A DNA stretch of 62,862 bases, the filler included, from Globobulimina sp. (taxonomy: Eukaryota): assembly GCA_003354225.1 (NCBI GenBank). It is 34 parts of 34 records of this genome, joined end to end, with 100 filler letters (N's around TTAATTAATTAA, not from the genome) between each part and the next. Parts side by side here need not be neighbours in the genome. Positions count along the whole stretch, not along the records: positions 11,119 to 12,871 come from PIVH01012345.1; positions 12,972 to 14,723 come from PIVH01012346.1; positions 14,824 to 16,575 come from PIVH01012347.1; positions 16,676 to 18,427 come from PIVH01012348.1; positions 18,528 to 20,279 come from PIVH01012349.1; positions 20,380 to 22,131 come from PIVH01012350.1; positions 22,232 to 23,983 come from PIVH01012351.1; positions 24,084 to 25,835 come from PIVH01012352.1; 26 more parts are not named here. One strand, written 5' to 3'. Below are positions 11,119-24,324 of the stretch, piece by piece. Position numbers and translations under genes: made by a program. The notes beneath the pieces were generated by a model. The model was not told where the DNA came from. It was given only the letters and a program-made list of their open reading frames with translations, and did no database searches. Numbering within the stretch: the stretch's first letter is position 1; every line of letters starts with the position of its first letter.

Positions 11119-12859
11119 ACGACGTTGTTCTAGCTTTAAACGTTTCGATAAATTTAGTAATTCGAATTCTTTTCTTTTCGGCCAAAGTAATTAAATAATT
11201 TGCATTTATATCTGGTTCACGCGCATAACTATCGATTTTGAATGGTTTACATTGGATATTATCACTTAACATTTTCAATGATGGTTTCATTTCAAATAAT
11301 ATTCGAATCAAATTTTTCGTGGTTAAGTTATTGACACATATCATATGTCCTAAACAGGTCCATAATGCATTATAATCAACAACGTGAATATCGTTTCTTC
11401 CGCTTAAAGTATGCGATAATATCTCTCGAATGTACGGATAACTGGATTTAAAATGTGCCATATTGCCATAAATCGGAAATATCCGTGCATTAATTGACTG
11501 TCTGCAGCTATCTGAAAATCCAATATCCGGATCCATCATTTTCTTTTCATCGTCGTTATTATTCGATGCTGCTTCCAATGCCAATCTAAAATACGAGTCG
11601 GAAACCAAATCATTTGAAACGTATTCAATTTGTATCAATTCAGGATTACTCACAGCAACACCGCCACTTCTATTTATTCTGCCACACATCCATAATGAAT
11701 CCGCGTCTAATACAACTTCCAAAAATGAACAGGTCGACAAATAACAGCCAGTGCCAACACCATCGGTTATATTTTTGCATTCTTCCGCTGTGGGAACTAT
11801 TATCTTATCGTACATTTCTTGTCTTTTTGTTAATTGCTGGTCCGTCAATATCAATTTCTCCATTCGTTTGGCGTGTTTCTTTCGAAAATGTAAGTCCAAA
11901 ATATGTTGCCTGATCTCTTGAATTCGAACTTGTCCTAAAACTATTTCGCGGACTAACAATTTTAAGCTGGATAACGTATTTTGAAATATTTTGATCACAG
12001 CATGGAATTTTCTCCAATGTTTATTCATTCGTTTGTATTCTTTCATTAATTTTGCTCTGCGTTTGCTAATACTTTCGCCGCTCTCCGTACTTTTATTATC
12101 ATCATCGATATTTGTTACAGTCAATAACTGTTTAATTTCATTTTGCAATTTAACTTTTTCCGCAGGTTCGGCTGTAATCGTTTTAAATATTTTCGCATAT
12201 TTATTATTTAATTCATGTTCAATTTCTTTTGCTGTTATTTTCAATCTCTGTCCATCTGTAATATTCCTTAACGTATACAACATATCTTTTAGCACTTGAT
12301 TATAAAATCCAATTGCTTCATATTGGCATTCTTCACACTCCTTAACTTCATTAACAACAATTGGTATTTTAACATCATTCACAATTAATTGTAAATCGCC
12401 GCCACCGGTTGTTTGACTTTGATCAAATGTATCCATTGAGACCCAAAAATCGGCAGAAAAATCTTGTGTAGTTACCACCAAATCGTGCACAGTGAATTTA
12501 TGGTTATGGCCACGGTCAGAAACATTATAAATGTGATCAACCACATTTAACGGAAATTCAATGGATAGCTTTATGGCTGTGCTTCGGCACATTGTTTCAT
12601 TTTGCGCTCTTTCAAATGCGTCACTAACTTGTTCAGCTCTGCCGCATTTACAATAATTCCCGACTTGGTCATTAACAATAAAGCCATCTAATACATCCGC
12701 ATCATGATTGCTGGAAATACCAATGGTGAACACATACGGGGCAGTTTTGTGTACTGTTAAATATTTGTTATTTACAAAATTTTTCCAGTGCGCATGTCCC
12801 TGTTTTGCGTTATCTTTGCTAACTTCACCATCACTGCACATAATGACTGTTAACTGCAT
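11119..12859 (-). CDS. von Willebrand factor A domain protein (C-terminal half of vWA plus helical region), partial
   Basis: VIMCSDGE and VFTIGISSNHDADVL vWA motifs. Confidence 0.65.
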
Positions 12860-13074
12860 AAATATATAAACNNNNNNNNNNNNNNNNNNNNNNNNNNNNN
12901 NNNNNNNNNNNNNNNTTAATTAATTAANNNNNNNNNNNNNNNNNNNNNNNNNNNNNNNNNNNNNNNNNNNNTGACTTAAATCCAGCAAGCGCAGTCCAGG
13001 CAGGATATTATTACCTAAAGCACTGATGAGAGATAGTCTCGTTTCTTCCTCATCTATTTGTATATTCAGGTGCA

Positions 13075-13268
13075 GCTCCTCCAGCTTTCTCAAGAGCATT
13101 ATCAAGAAATTCATGACCGTCAAACTTCTCACCTTTAATAGCAAAAAACAGATCGCCGTCTGACACCGATCTCGAATCAATAGAAACCCTGTTAAAAGTC
13201 CCTGCATTATCCTTCAGCAGTTTCCCTCCAGTTGCTTCAATAATGTCGTCTACAGTTATTGTCTGCAT
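13075..13268 (-). CDS. murF: Bacterial MurF N-terminal fragment (chimeric or contaminant)
   Basis: MQTITVDDIIEATGG...VSIDSR...GDLFFAIKGEKFDGHEFL; purine-rich RBS-like upstream; truncated. Confidence 0.85.
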
Positions 13269-13292
13269 TTCCTTAACTCTTAACTCCTTAAC

Positions 13293-13682
13293 ATGTCCTC
13301 TTCAAACAAAAAAGTAATGAAAATTGATGCAGATAAAGTGGTGATTCCATTTGCGTCGAAATTGGTGGTCCAAGCGCGTTATGATCCGATGGTGAAATTA
13401 GAACAATTTAATCAAGAATTGCAAGATGACGTAGAATTAATGGAGCAACGGATGGAAGATAAAGATGAAGAAATGATGGATTTGGAAATTGAATTAGAGG
13501 ATGCCAATGAAGTGGTGGATGATTTAAATAAACAAATTAGTGTATTAAAAGAGGTTCAATTGGATGAGATTATGGATATTCATTTGGCGTGCGAGGATTT
13601 TGAAGATGAAGTGGTTCGTGTATTTGATAATGACGCGGCGCAAATTAAATTATTAAAGAATAAAATCCAATTTAATATTTGA
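13293..13682 (+). CDS. Acidic coiled-coil hypothetical protein
   Basis: 129-aa ORF with E/D-rich heptads. Confidence 0.4.
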   Translation: MSSSNKKVMKIDADKVVIPFASKLVVQARYDPMVKLEQFNQELQDDVELMEQRMEDKDEEMMDLEIELEDANEVVDDLNKQISVLKEVQLDEIMDIHLACEDFEDEVVRVFDNDAAQIKLLKNKIQFNI

Positions 13683-15145
13683 GGATTATGCGGCATTAAA
13701 AGATGCAGCATTTCAAGCAAAGAAAGAAGAGTTAGAAAAAGAAAAAGAGAAAGTTTCGGCACGTCAACATATCCATATTGTGCGTGTTTATAATGACTAT
13801 AAATAATTTCTTTTTTTGTATAATATTTCATTATTAATCAAATTTGTTTATATAAATAATAATAATAATAATCTAATTATCTATTTTCATCTATTTAGTA
13901 TTTGCGTATTTATTATTTGGTTTCTTTTTGATTTGTTGTGTATACAATTAATTAGTTTGTCTATTTTCTTTTTGATTTGTCGATTTTGAATTGATTAATT
14001 TTGTCCATTCATTTGAATGAGACTCCAATCCGATATTTAGTCACTAATATATCCAGATATTGTAGTTTGCGGACAATGTTCACATTTAACATTGACACAC
14101 TTAAGTTTAAACTACTAAAACTTTGACATCTCCATTTCAGTCACCATGTCATGGATAATGTATGTTTGTATTCAATCTGTTTTTGTTTGTTTGTATACAT
14201 ATAAATATACACAAAACAGGTATCATTATTACAGTTAAAGAAATTTGGCTGTTGGAAGAGTGATGCTGTGGCAGAGTCGTATTATGATAATGCGGTACTA
14301 AACAAAGAAAAAGATGCGGATATTATTAATTTATCGATTGGAATGGATGAGAAAGAAGAAACAGAACAAAAACAATAAGAAAAGAATGGTATTAAAGCGA
14401 TAGAAATGGATGGGAAAAGATTTACAAATTGCTCATTTACGAATTGTACATTCTCAAATTGTGCATTGTACATTTTTTTGTGTTCTTCGACTTTTATCTC
14501 ACGTACAAAAAAGTGTTTTTCGTTTCTAATTTTTGAAACACTTAAAGTTTGGAGGCTTAGGTTGGTAAAAAATAAAACAGTTTTATTGGCGTTTTTTTTG
14601 ATAAAAACTTATAATTATTTTGCAAACTGTTTGTGTGTTTTTCAAGAATAAAAAAACAAAAACAATAATTTAAATTATGGTAATATGATCGAGATGGGCA
14701 TACACTGCCTCATCATCATCGTANNNNNNNNNNNNNNNNNNNNNNNNNNNNNNNNNNNNNNNNNNNNTTAATTAATTAANNNNNNNNNNNNNNNNNNNNN
14801 NNNNNNNNNNNNNNNNNNNNNNNTTCGTGTTTCAACTCTTGCACTACTTCGCCAGTCAGCATGTTCCAGGCCAACACCACATGTTTGTCATTGTTGTACG
14901 ACACAAACATGAACTCACCACAATAAATTAGCTCAACAGTTGTGTTTGCAGTGCATGGCAAAAGAGCAAATCAGCAATAAAACAGTAGATATAATTATTA
15001 CTGCTAAGTCTTTGCTTATGGGAATCAGCACATTAAAATTACAAAAACATAAAAACATTACAAATATAAACAACAAAAAACATTTCATATACAATAAAAA
15101 AACAATAGTGAAAAAAAGGGCAATGCTAGATTTCAATCATATGCA

Positions 15146-16199
15146 TTATTGTGGCGCAAACTTAAACGCTGAGCTTTTATGTTGCTTTTCCATATTTGCT
15201 ATCATAGCATCCAATTCTCGAACCGACTTCATTGTAAACAATCTTCTTCTCGATATTCCCAACGAACTGCATCTACCTTTTAATAATTGTTTATATTTCC
15301 CCTCAAATTTATTTATAACGTTCAACGTCCGCTGCGATTGATATCTTTGCAGTAACTTTTCTTCGTTACGTACCAACTTAACCTGCTCCAAAATAATCTC
15401 TCTCAACGTTTTCAAAAACTTTATTTTTGAGTGAATCCCTGTCGGCGATGGCAATGCATTTAATTCCATTTTTCTCTCTGCCGGTAATGCCTCGATCATA
15501 TGCGACAAACCACTCATTATCGGAACTCGGGAGCCTTCAAACCACAATTTCTCATTCAAAAATGTCCCACTTTGCTCATTATATTTATATTCGATCTCAT
15601 TCCACCCTTTCGGTGGAGCACCAACCTCAGAGACTGTGCCTCCTATAAAATAAATAAAATTATACTAGAAACGTTTTAATTTTGTATACATACGAAGTAA
15701 GCACACAACTTTTGGCAACTTTTGTTCCTTTGAGAGCATCCAATTTGTTATTGGGTGGTTTCATTGGTCGCTCCTTTAACCATTGGTCAATTTGAATACG
15801 TTTCATTTCCTGATCCATGTCATTGGAAAATAGTGGTTTGTGCCATCCATTTGGAGCGCCAATTTGCGAGATGGTTTTCCTTTTCTTTATGGGATTTTTG
15901 GATTTGCGGAAAGCAAAGGATGCGGCACGAGCATGCCTATGGACCTTGTCCTGCAAAAAAGATGTTTTGTCGTTATCGATGTATACAGTGCCTTTATATT
16001 GAATGCGGCCAATGTCGCGCGGGCCTAATTTTCGGGGAACTTTATATTTTTTTTGCTTTTTATGTGATTTCCGAGCCCGAGTAGGCTCTGCATAGGTTTT
16101 TCCACGGCGTAGTTTCGATTTACGTGATCGAGTTGGTTTTATATTGGGGGTATATTCAACATCAGCGGATTTTGTTTTTTTTAAAGACTCATATGCCAT
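15146..16199 (-). CDS. Basic hypothetical protein, probably spliced
   Basis: Same-strand ORFs 16199-15660 and 15559-15146 separated by an AT-rich intron-like stretch. Confidence 0.45.
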
Positions 16200-16675
16200 T
16201 GACTGAGCTTGTTGAATATATCTAAATTTTAAACATTAAAAAACCTGTCAGTCACTAGTCAGTATGTATGTTCCGATCATGTCAATCTCCAAACTACATT
16301 ATCTGCGTAAATACAATCCATTTTATACTGAAAAAAAAATTAAAATTATATTTTGTTTGTGCAAGGATAGAAAATCTAAAAAGAAAGAGATTTATTTGTG
16401 TTTTCCATTCAAATAAATTTTCGTTGAATTCGATCATTGGGAGAAAAATATGGCAGAAGCTCCAGGAATAACAGATGCAGAACAAAAAGCAGTTGAAACC
16501 CAACAAGAAATTATCAAACAAAAGGAAGTCTATTTAGAAAAAGCAAAAGCGAAAAGAGAGAAACAAGAAACAAAANNNNNNNNNNNNNNNNNNNNNNNNN
16601 NNNNNNNNNNNNNNNNNNNTTAATTAATTAANNNNNNNNNNNNNNNNNNNNNNNNNNNNNNNNNNNNNNNNNNNN

Positions 16676-17902
16676 AATGATAGATATGGTAAATCCAGAC
16701 CGAGCATTCCTCACTGCATTCTCTTCGATTTCATTCATTTCTTGAATCGATGCATTTCTCTCTTTCTCCTGTTTTATTTTATCATCCATGCCATCCATGC
16801 CATCATTCAATATCTCCCTCTTTTCCTCCTCATCCTCTTCCTCTTCCTCATCATATTTATCCTCCTCATCCTCCAGCTGTGTATTCCTATATTCATTGTA
16901 TTCACTTAAAATATGCTTTTTTTCCTCATTCAACTCACGATTTAATTTTTCCAACGATCTCGTTTTTGTCTCTTCCGTTTTCCATCGCACATTCAATTCA
17001 TCCCTCTGCGCCAATGTCTTCCTCGTAAATTGATACAACTATATACAACATACAATATTTATCAATATATAATCAATGCACTGTGTATTTAAAACCTCAT
17101 CATATTCCAACGCTTTTTTCCTCCATCCTTCCACTGTTTGCTATGTTAAAAATATACACAAATTAAAAATATTATTTATTAATATAAATATCATTAACTT
17201 CATTATATGGACAGGTATCCGTGGGGGTAATATTAGCGTCAATGAGAGCGTTTTCTTTATCATTATCATCATCATTATCTATGGCAGTGACAGAAATCTC
17301 TGTTTTTGTGTCCATAGTTTCAATGGTTTGCGTAGGATTATTCTGTTTGGTGTTTGTGTTTGTGTTGGATTGAGAGGCTACGTAATCTTCAATAATATTT
17401 GCTTTTTGTTCAATATTTAAGAAACATTTAATTGTAACAGATTGATATGCAAACACATGTCTTTTTTTGTCATGTTTTGATTCACGTTCTTTCCATAATT
17501 GAGGTAAACTTTTGTCGCTTGTGTGTGGGTTAACTTTGGTCGCTTGAATTAGACATTTATCCGGTTTTTTAGTGTCAGGAACTTGCTTTAATTTGGACAG
17601 TACCACTGTACAATCTTTGTGCTGCTTCGCTAAAATAATACCTTGCTTTGGACTTGTAAGAATTTATAATTTTAATACTTTTGATATGAGAATAATAATG
17701 TATTTACTACACACCTCACCATGTAGCGTCCAGGACGGTTTGTTTTTAATTTCCATGCAATACAATCATTACAACTGTTAATAATCGATAATTTAAGGAA
17801 TTCTTCTTTTTGTAATGCACACGACACATTAAATACACGCGGCGACACTTGGAATAGATTGGACCATTGCTGTGTATTAATATACTCAACACTCGCTGCC
17901 AT
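16676..17902 (-). CDS. VAP: VAMP-associated protein (MSP domain, coiled coil, start of C-terminal TM), three introns
   Basis: LSIINSCNDCIAWKLKTNRPGRYMV|SPKQGII after intron 17653-17714; DKCLIQ; later exons give WRKKALEYDE|LYQFT...AQRD; ends SGFTISI. Confidence 0.8.
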
Positions 17903-18783
17903 GGGACTTAGTAACTGTTAGTCTGTTACCAACTGTCAGTTTTACATCAAAAACAATTTTACACTTTCGGTCTTTCCCTATTAAACCTTACAACTAGTCT
18001 ACTTACAACAATGTCGAGCTTTTCGATACCAATTGGCAGACAAATAGAGATCCAGTTAATTATCTCCATTATCACGACCATGCACATGAGTAATATTTCA
18101 CAACAAACATCAAAAAACATATTTGAATATAGAAACAAAATTAGGAAACAAAATAGAAAATGTAATTATAAAATATCACGGTTTCTCAAATCCAAATTAA
18201 ATCAATTTAGCAAAAAAAATTCAAATACAAATCCTGTTGACGATTTTATTAAGAATCACAAGAAAACTGATTCCGTCACAAATACTCCCCACAACACAGT
18301 TAATATCAACTCATTAGATGTGCGGCGCACAAAATTTGTGAGTTTAATAGGTCTTTATAATTCATTGAAAAAATGGCCATGATTTATTTTATATTCTACT
18401 ATTTTTATATTACCATTGAAAAAAGAANNNNNNNNNNNNNNNNNNNNNNNNNNNNNNNNNNNNNNNNNNNNTTAATTAATTAANNNNNNNNNNNNNNNNN
18501 NNNNNNNNNNNNNNNNNNNNNNNNNNNAGTGATCCGGCTTTAACTGCGTTGCAGCCCGTAAGTATTGTGGCATATTCATTTTATCCGCTTGTTGCCTATG
18601 CTTTTTCCCTCGTAATATATGCGTCACCTATGAAAAATATCCCATATTGGAAAGAGGAAATTGTTCAAGAATTACATATTGATAATCAAGATCAAGATCA
18701 AGATGAAGGTGATAATGAATAAGCTAAATCTAAATATCATGTTAAATAAAAGTGACAGTTTTTTTAAGTGCTCAAGTTTGATA

Positions 18784-19918
18784 ATGAAGTCTCTTTTGCG
18801 TCGCGTTCAAGTAACCAGACCATCTAATTATGGAATTATGCGCCACTCGCAACGATTTGCAACAGCAAAAGGTCAGGTTGAAGGGGAAGCAATTCGTATT
18901 TATGAAACAGGAGGTGTTGATGTTATGAAATCAGAAAAGGTACAATATTCAACATCAAACAATGATTTATTAATTCGGAACGAATTTGCTGGATTAAATT
19001 TTATAGACACATATCATCGAACCGGTCTATATCCATTTCCATCATATCCAGCGACCTTAGGAGTAGATGGATGTGGTGTCATTGAAGCAATGTCACCTCA
19101 AATATCTGATACTTATGGGCTCAAAGTTGGTGATAAAGTCGCGTATTATGATCAAGGTTCTTATGCGCAATATAAAACATTACCAATTGCAAAAGCAATA
19201 CCAATTCAAAATAACATTGATTCAAAAGTTGTGGTTGCTGCTGTTGTTCAAGGAATGACTGCACATTATTTGACTCGGTCAACTTATGACTTGCAAAAAG
19301 ATTCAACATTGGTAGTGCATGCTGGTGCTGGTGGTGTTGGGCAATTTTTGATACAGATTGCAAAGAATGTGGTTGGATGTAAAACAATTATTGCCACTGC
19401 TTCTTCCCCAGCAAAGATGGACATTGCTAAAGCATTAGGTGTGTACTTTAAAGTTTTTTTAGTGAAATCGTTTTTAGATTTTGACTGTAGGAGCGGATTA
19501 TGTGTGTCATTACAGCGAGTTGGAAGATACAGTGAAAGCAGCAACAGATGGACAAGGTGTTGATGTGGTTTATGATGGAGTGGGAAAAAATACCTATGGA
19601 TGGAGTATGAGTGTATTAAAGAAACGAGGATTATGTGTGTTTTATGGCAATGCATCTGGTCCGGTTCCAGCAATATCGCCATTGGAATTGAGTAAATTAG
19701 GAAGTATTTATATTACACGATGTATTTTGGCACATTATACATTGACAAGAGATGAATTATTGGGACGAAGTAATGATTTATTTCATTGGATTGAAGCAGG
19801 GAAAATTAATGTAAATATTGATAAAGAATTTAAATTGTCACTGGATGATGTTGTGAAAGCACATCAGTACATTGAAGGTGGTAAAACTACAGGAAAGGTT
19901 GTGTTTGATTGTAGATAA
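18784..19918 (+). CDS. qor: NADPH:quinone oxidoreductase (zeta-crystallin/Qor family), intron 19439-19490
   Basis: AGLNFIDTYHRTGLY, QGMTAHYL, HAGAGGVG, VDVVYDGVG, GNASG, TTGKV; splice restores ALG|ADYV; Arg/Ser-rich N-terminus resembles a mitochondrial presequence. Confidence 0.92.
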
Positions 19919-20570
19919 GTTTTTATAGCTTGTTAATAATTCATTAATATCAGTTATCTCGCAAGTCGCAACTACTAATTTTAATCCACGGAAAACAAAG
20001 CCGAAAAAAATTATATATCCGCCATGTTGGCGGGATAGTAATAAACTAATACGTGATTATACATTTTTTTTTAGATTATGTGTTGAATTCTATTTGAAAG
20101 CATGCGTAGTAGAATACAAAACGTACACACTCTAAGTAATAATAATAGAAAATATAATATTATATGGTAAAATATATAGATAAGCAAAATGCAAAATGTC
20201 TATATCAATCTTCATTACTTTGTTTATTCGCAAATTAATCTTCATTTTCTTTACTTTCTGCTGCATCTTTGGCTGCATTNNNNNNNNNNNNNNNNNNNNN
20301 NNNNNNNNNNNNNNNNNNNNNNNTTAATTAATTAANNNNNNNNNNNNNNNNNNNNNNNNNNNNNNNNNNNNNNNNNNNNATTTGCCAAGACAAAGTTATA
20401 ACAAACAGTTTCTGGTATAATTGAATAAAATGTATACAACTTATCGACCCCTGGGTTATTTACTGAAAGCACGCAATGAAGTACACGAAAAACAAGACCA
20501 CCTAAACTAACTCGAAAAGTATTTCACACAGACAGAAATTTCCAGAAACTTTGCAAAATAGAATAAAAAA

Positions 20571-21869
20571 TCAGTTCAAGTTATTCAACAGATAATGTAA
20601 TTTGCTCTCATTCATAAGATTTGAGGAAATGTGGTTGGTGAAATACGATTTGCTTTTACCATAATGTTCAAGTGTAAAATCATCCGAATATGCTGCTTCA
20701 ATATTCATTTTTACTAAAATATCGACCAACATTGAATAATATCCTTTATCATCAGTCTCATCAAAATACACAATATCTCTTACAAATTGCATCCCATTCC
20801 GAGCATGAAGTTGTTTTATTATTTGTTCCAGAATTGCATACAATTTGTGTTGATACACAGTAGTCACGCAATGGAAAATAAATGTGAATCCGGACGCTAC
20901 TCTTTGTGTGGTATACACTGACAAATCATAATCATAACTTTGCAGTGCATGCAACAAAAACATTGCAGCCATTGTATCGGGATCAGAGGAAAAATTTCTA
21001 TTTCCATTAAAAACGGCGCTATTATGTAAAACACTCATTATTCGATCGTAACACTCCAAATAGAGATGAAATGGCCACTTTCTGTTACTTGGAATAGTTT
21101 TTGTGTTCCATGGAATAAAATGGAATGTGTCAATTAAGTGGTTTAAATGTTGAATATTATTTTTATTGCTTGATAAATACTGCATTGATTGCACAGTTTC
21201 ATTAAAAACGAGGTGAAATGTGTACTGATAAATCCATTTAAATACATCCAAAACCGCATATCTGTCATAGCTTAGGTTGATCCATGGAAGCTGTGGTATG
21301 AGAATGATAGATAATGGATAATGATACAAAACAACTTGAAAAGGAAAGCCGTTCGAATGTATAATTGTCCGCGATGATACGATTAATAATTTTGTTTCAA
21401 TATCTAATCTGCTAAAGTTATCTGAATGTATTTCGTTCATTGTAATTGGTACAATGTGTAAAGTGTCCATTAAACGGCAAAAGTCTAAAGAAAGTATAGT
21501 AGAGCTGAGAGGGCTTGATGTCGTGTTTAACATTTTCGAGCTGTTTTGTATTATTTGTGGCAATTTGTTTAAATATAGTTCATTTAATTTCATTTTATCA
21601 TAAATTTTGCCAATTCGAATTAGGTTTCTTTCATTGGGGTTTAATATTAACATTTCTAATAATTCCATGTCGTGAATCATTTCCTGATGCATGTCTGCAA
21701 ATATTTCGTTAAATTCCCTGCTAATTTTTCTACTATTTTGCTGTTGTGCAAATGTTTGAAATTCAATCATAGTTCTTCTCAAATCATGTGGTATTTTTGA
21801 TAAATCAATGCACGCGATTAATATAGGTGTAAATACAACAAATACAGCAATAAGAAATTTAATGCCCAT
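20571..21869 (-). CDS. Hypothetical secreted protein
   Basis: Complete 432-aa ORF with signal peptide MGIKFLIAVFVVFTPILIAC. Confidence 0.65.
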   Translation of the reverse strand: MGIKFLIAVFVVFTPILIACIDLSKIPHDLRRTMIEFQTFAQQQNSRKISREFNEIFADMHQEMIHDMELLEMLILNPNERNLIRIGKIYDKMKLNELYLNKLPQIIQNSSKMLNTTSSPLSSTILSLDFCRLMDTLHIVPITMNEIHSDNFSRLDIETKLLIVSSRTIIHSNGFPFQVVLYHYPLSIILIPQLPWINLSYDRYAVLDVFKWIYQYTFHLVFNETVQSMQYLSSNKNNIQHLNHLIDTFHFIPWNTKTIPSNRKWPFHLYLECYDRIMSVLHNSAVFNGNRNFSSDPDTMAAMFLLHALQSYDYDLSVYTTQRVASGFTFIFHCVTTVYQHKLYAILEQIIKQLHARNGMQFVRDIVYFDETDDKGYYSMLVDILVKMNIEAAYSDDFTLEHYGKSKSYFTNHISSNLMNESKLHYLLNNLN

Positions 21870-22231
21870 TTGTAACGCAGCAGCTCAGGCTACGATTTGC
21901 AAATCAAAGCTTTTGATGATCTTATTATTGTGATGACAAGATAACTGAACGAGATGGATACTTACTGGCTAGTAGAAAATGAAATATACAAATTATATTA
22001 TTTGATAGAAAAACCTGAACTAGAGCTTTTACTAACGCAGTTTATTTTCTGTGACATAAAAATTGCGTTGAAACAGAAACGCAAGTTATCTTCGTCGTAC
22101 CTTTTTAAAAACACAAGATTTGGTTGACATTNNNNNNNNNNNNNNNNNNNNNNNNNNNNNNNNNNNNNNNNNNNNTTAATTAATTAANNNNNNNNNNNNN
22201 NNNNNNNNNNNNNNNNNNNNNNNNNNNNNNN

Positions 22232-22803
22232 TCACCTATTGAAGGGGTCAGCTTTGCCCAGAGTTTTGACGAGGTATCCTCCGAGACAAAGCACCATACT
22301 CAATACTTTGAGATGTTTGGCTGTCGGGCAGTAGACCACGAAGGTTGGCGAGCGGTGTGTGGTTTCCCTGGTCCCAGTTATGCCGAAGGCGCAGAAAAAG
22401 GCCGCCATCTGGGCGATGAAATCACACCAGAAATTCTAGATGATTTGGATGCTAATGGTTGGGAACTGTATCATGTCGCGGAAGACCCGGCGGAATGCCA
22501 TAATTTGGCTAATGAGCATCCAGAAATATTGGCGGCGATGATTGCCCGTTGGTATGTGGAAGCTGGCAAATACAAGGTTATGCCTTTGGATGGCAGCTTG
22601 ATGCAACGCTTTGCGGTAGAACGTCCGCGCATCACCAAATCGCGCAATCAATTTGTATTTTACCCCAACCTATCTGTGGTACCGAATGGCAATGCGCCAG
22701 CTGTCTTTAATCGCCCACATAGCATCACGGCAGAGGTTAACATTCCAGCCGGAGGTGCAGAAGGTGTGTTGTTGGCACAAGGCGGTGTGGCTGGCGGTTA
22801 TCC
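22232..22803 (+). CDS. Bacterial arylsulfatase, internal fragment (chimeric)
   Basis: PIEGVSFA...TQYFEMFGCRA...GWRAV...WELYHVAEDPAECHNLA...GAEGVLLAQGG; GC-richer, then an abrupt switch to AT-rich DNA. Confidence 0.85.
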
Positions 22804-22809
22804 CCTTTC

Positions 22810-23983
22810 ATCTGTCAATTGAATTATTGATCATCATAAGTGGAGTTGGGATTGTCTTGTGTAACATTTATAAAGTTTTGAACAACATTACTGATTACCA
22901 CCAAGATTTTATTTTATTACCAGATTTTTTGTCAATAATGTCAATAATGATGTACATTAAAACTCAAGTTGACATGCGATTATTTTGTGCGTTGCTAAAA
23001 TCATTTAGATCAATTATTATCATAGGCTCAACAGTAGTACTTATTGGGTGTGATATAGCAAATAATACAATGGCAAAGAATGATGTTACTAATTGGATAC
23101 GTATTGTAGCGGATGACATGGCATATATAACCCTTGTTATTGCCGTATTATTTATTGATTGTGTTGCAAATATAACAAATATAAGTCGTGTATTATTTCC
23201 ATTAGTATTAATATCAGTTACCGCACATTATCTGTATTTATCATATGTTAAATGGGCCATTGGGACAATATTACTCTATGAAAAAGGCTCAATATCCATT
23301 CTGGAAATAGAGAGAGCAGCCATGGCTCAAATTATATTATATTGCGCAACATGTGTTTTCAGAGTGTTTTTTGATGCGAGACATGAAAGATTCACAATGT
23401 TAACACAAGCAATACCACGCAAGCAAGTATTGCATATACAAACAGCACACGCGGACATGGAGAAGGATGGATTGATTGGTTGCTGTTGTTTTTATATTAC
23501 AGATGCAGTGTATTACGGATTACTATTCTTCTGTACTTTTGTTGTGATGATGGTATATATAGCAAAGTATAATAATCCATGGATTTTAGGTTCTTTTCTC
23601 ATTACCAAAATATTTTTGATTGTTAATGCTTTCTATCAACATTTTGATACAAGAATTTGTATTCGTTGGTTAGGCGAATTTCGGTGTTGGTTGTTAATAT
23701 TATCCATCTTAATTAATACTTACTGTGTGATACAAAGATTAGTGTGGGGAGTGTATGTATTTGATGTTGATTTGTTTAATGGATTATTTATTCATTTATG
23801 TTATTTAATTGCTTATAATGGTGCTATATTGCTATGTCTTTGTCGAGATGGAATGAGACAGACATATCCTTTATATTTTACTGTTTTATTGTGTTTGTTG
23901 GTATTATTTGTAAGTTCATATAATATATTCTTTATACAATTTGATATCGACGCTGTAAATAATAAATGTCAAGCATGGTTTAT
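22810..23983 (+). CDS. Eukaryotic multi-pass membrane protein, partial
   Basis: Many hydrophobic helices, apparent internal duplication, AT-rich codons. Confidence 0.6.
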
Positions 23984-24324
23984 NNNNNNNNNNNNNNNNN
24001 NNNNNNNNNNNNNNNNNNNNNNNNNNNTTAATTAATTAANNNNNNNNNNNNNNNNNNNNNNNNNNNNNNNNNNNNNNNNNNNNAAATTTTGAATTAATTA
24101 ATTAAAAAAAAAAAAACATTCATTTGATATTGCATTCACTCATTTTTTATTTGCAATATATATCATAACAAAATACACACAAAAGTTGATTTTTTTACAT
24201 TGCATTGTTTAGATACATTTTTATAGGCAACGCAAAAAAAATCAACAAAAAAGAAAATGGAGGCATAAATACATAAAATTATAGGTGTCATTATTTATTA
24301 TAATACAAAAACATTGATAACAAA

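Noticed and set aside
22653-24035. Sulfatase and membrane protein as an overlapping operon or HGT
   Set aside because: Abrupt composition switch near 22805 and both genes are truncated; chimera
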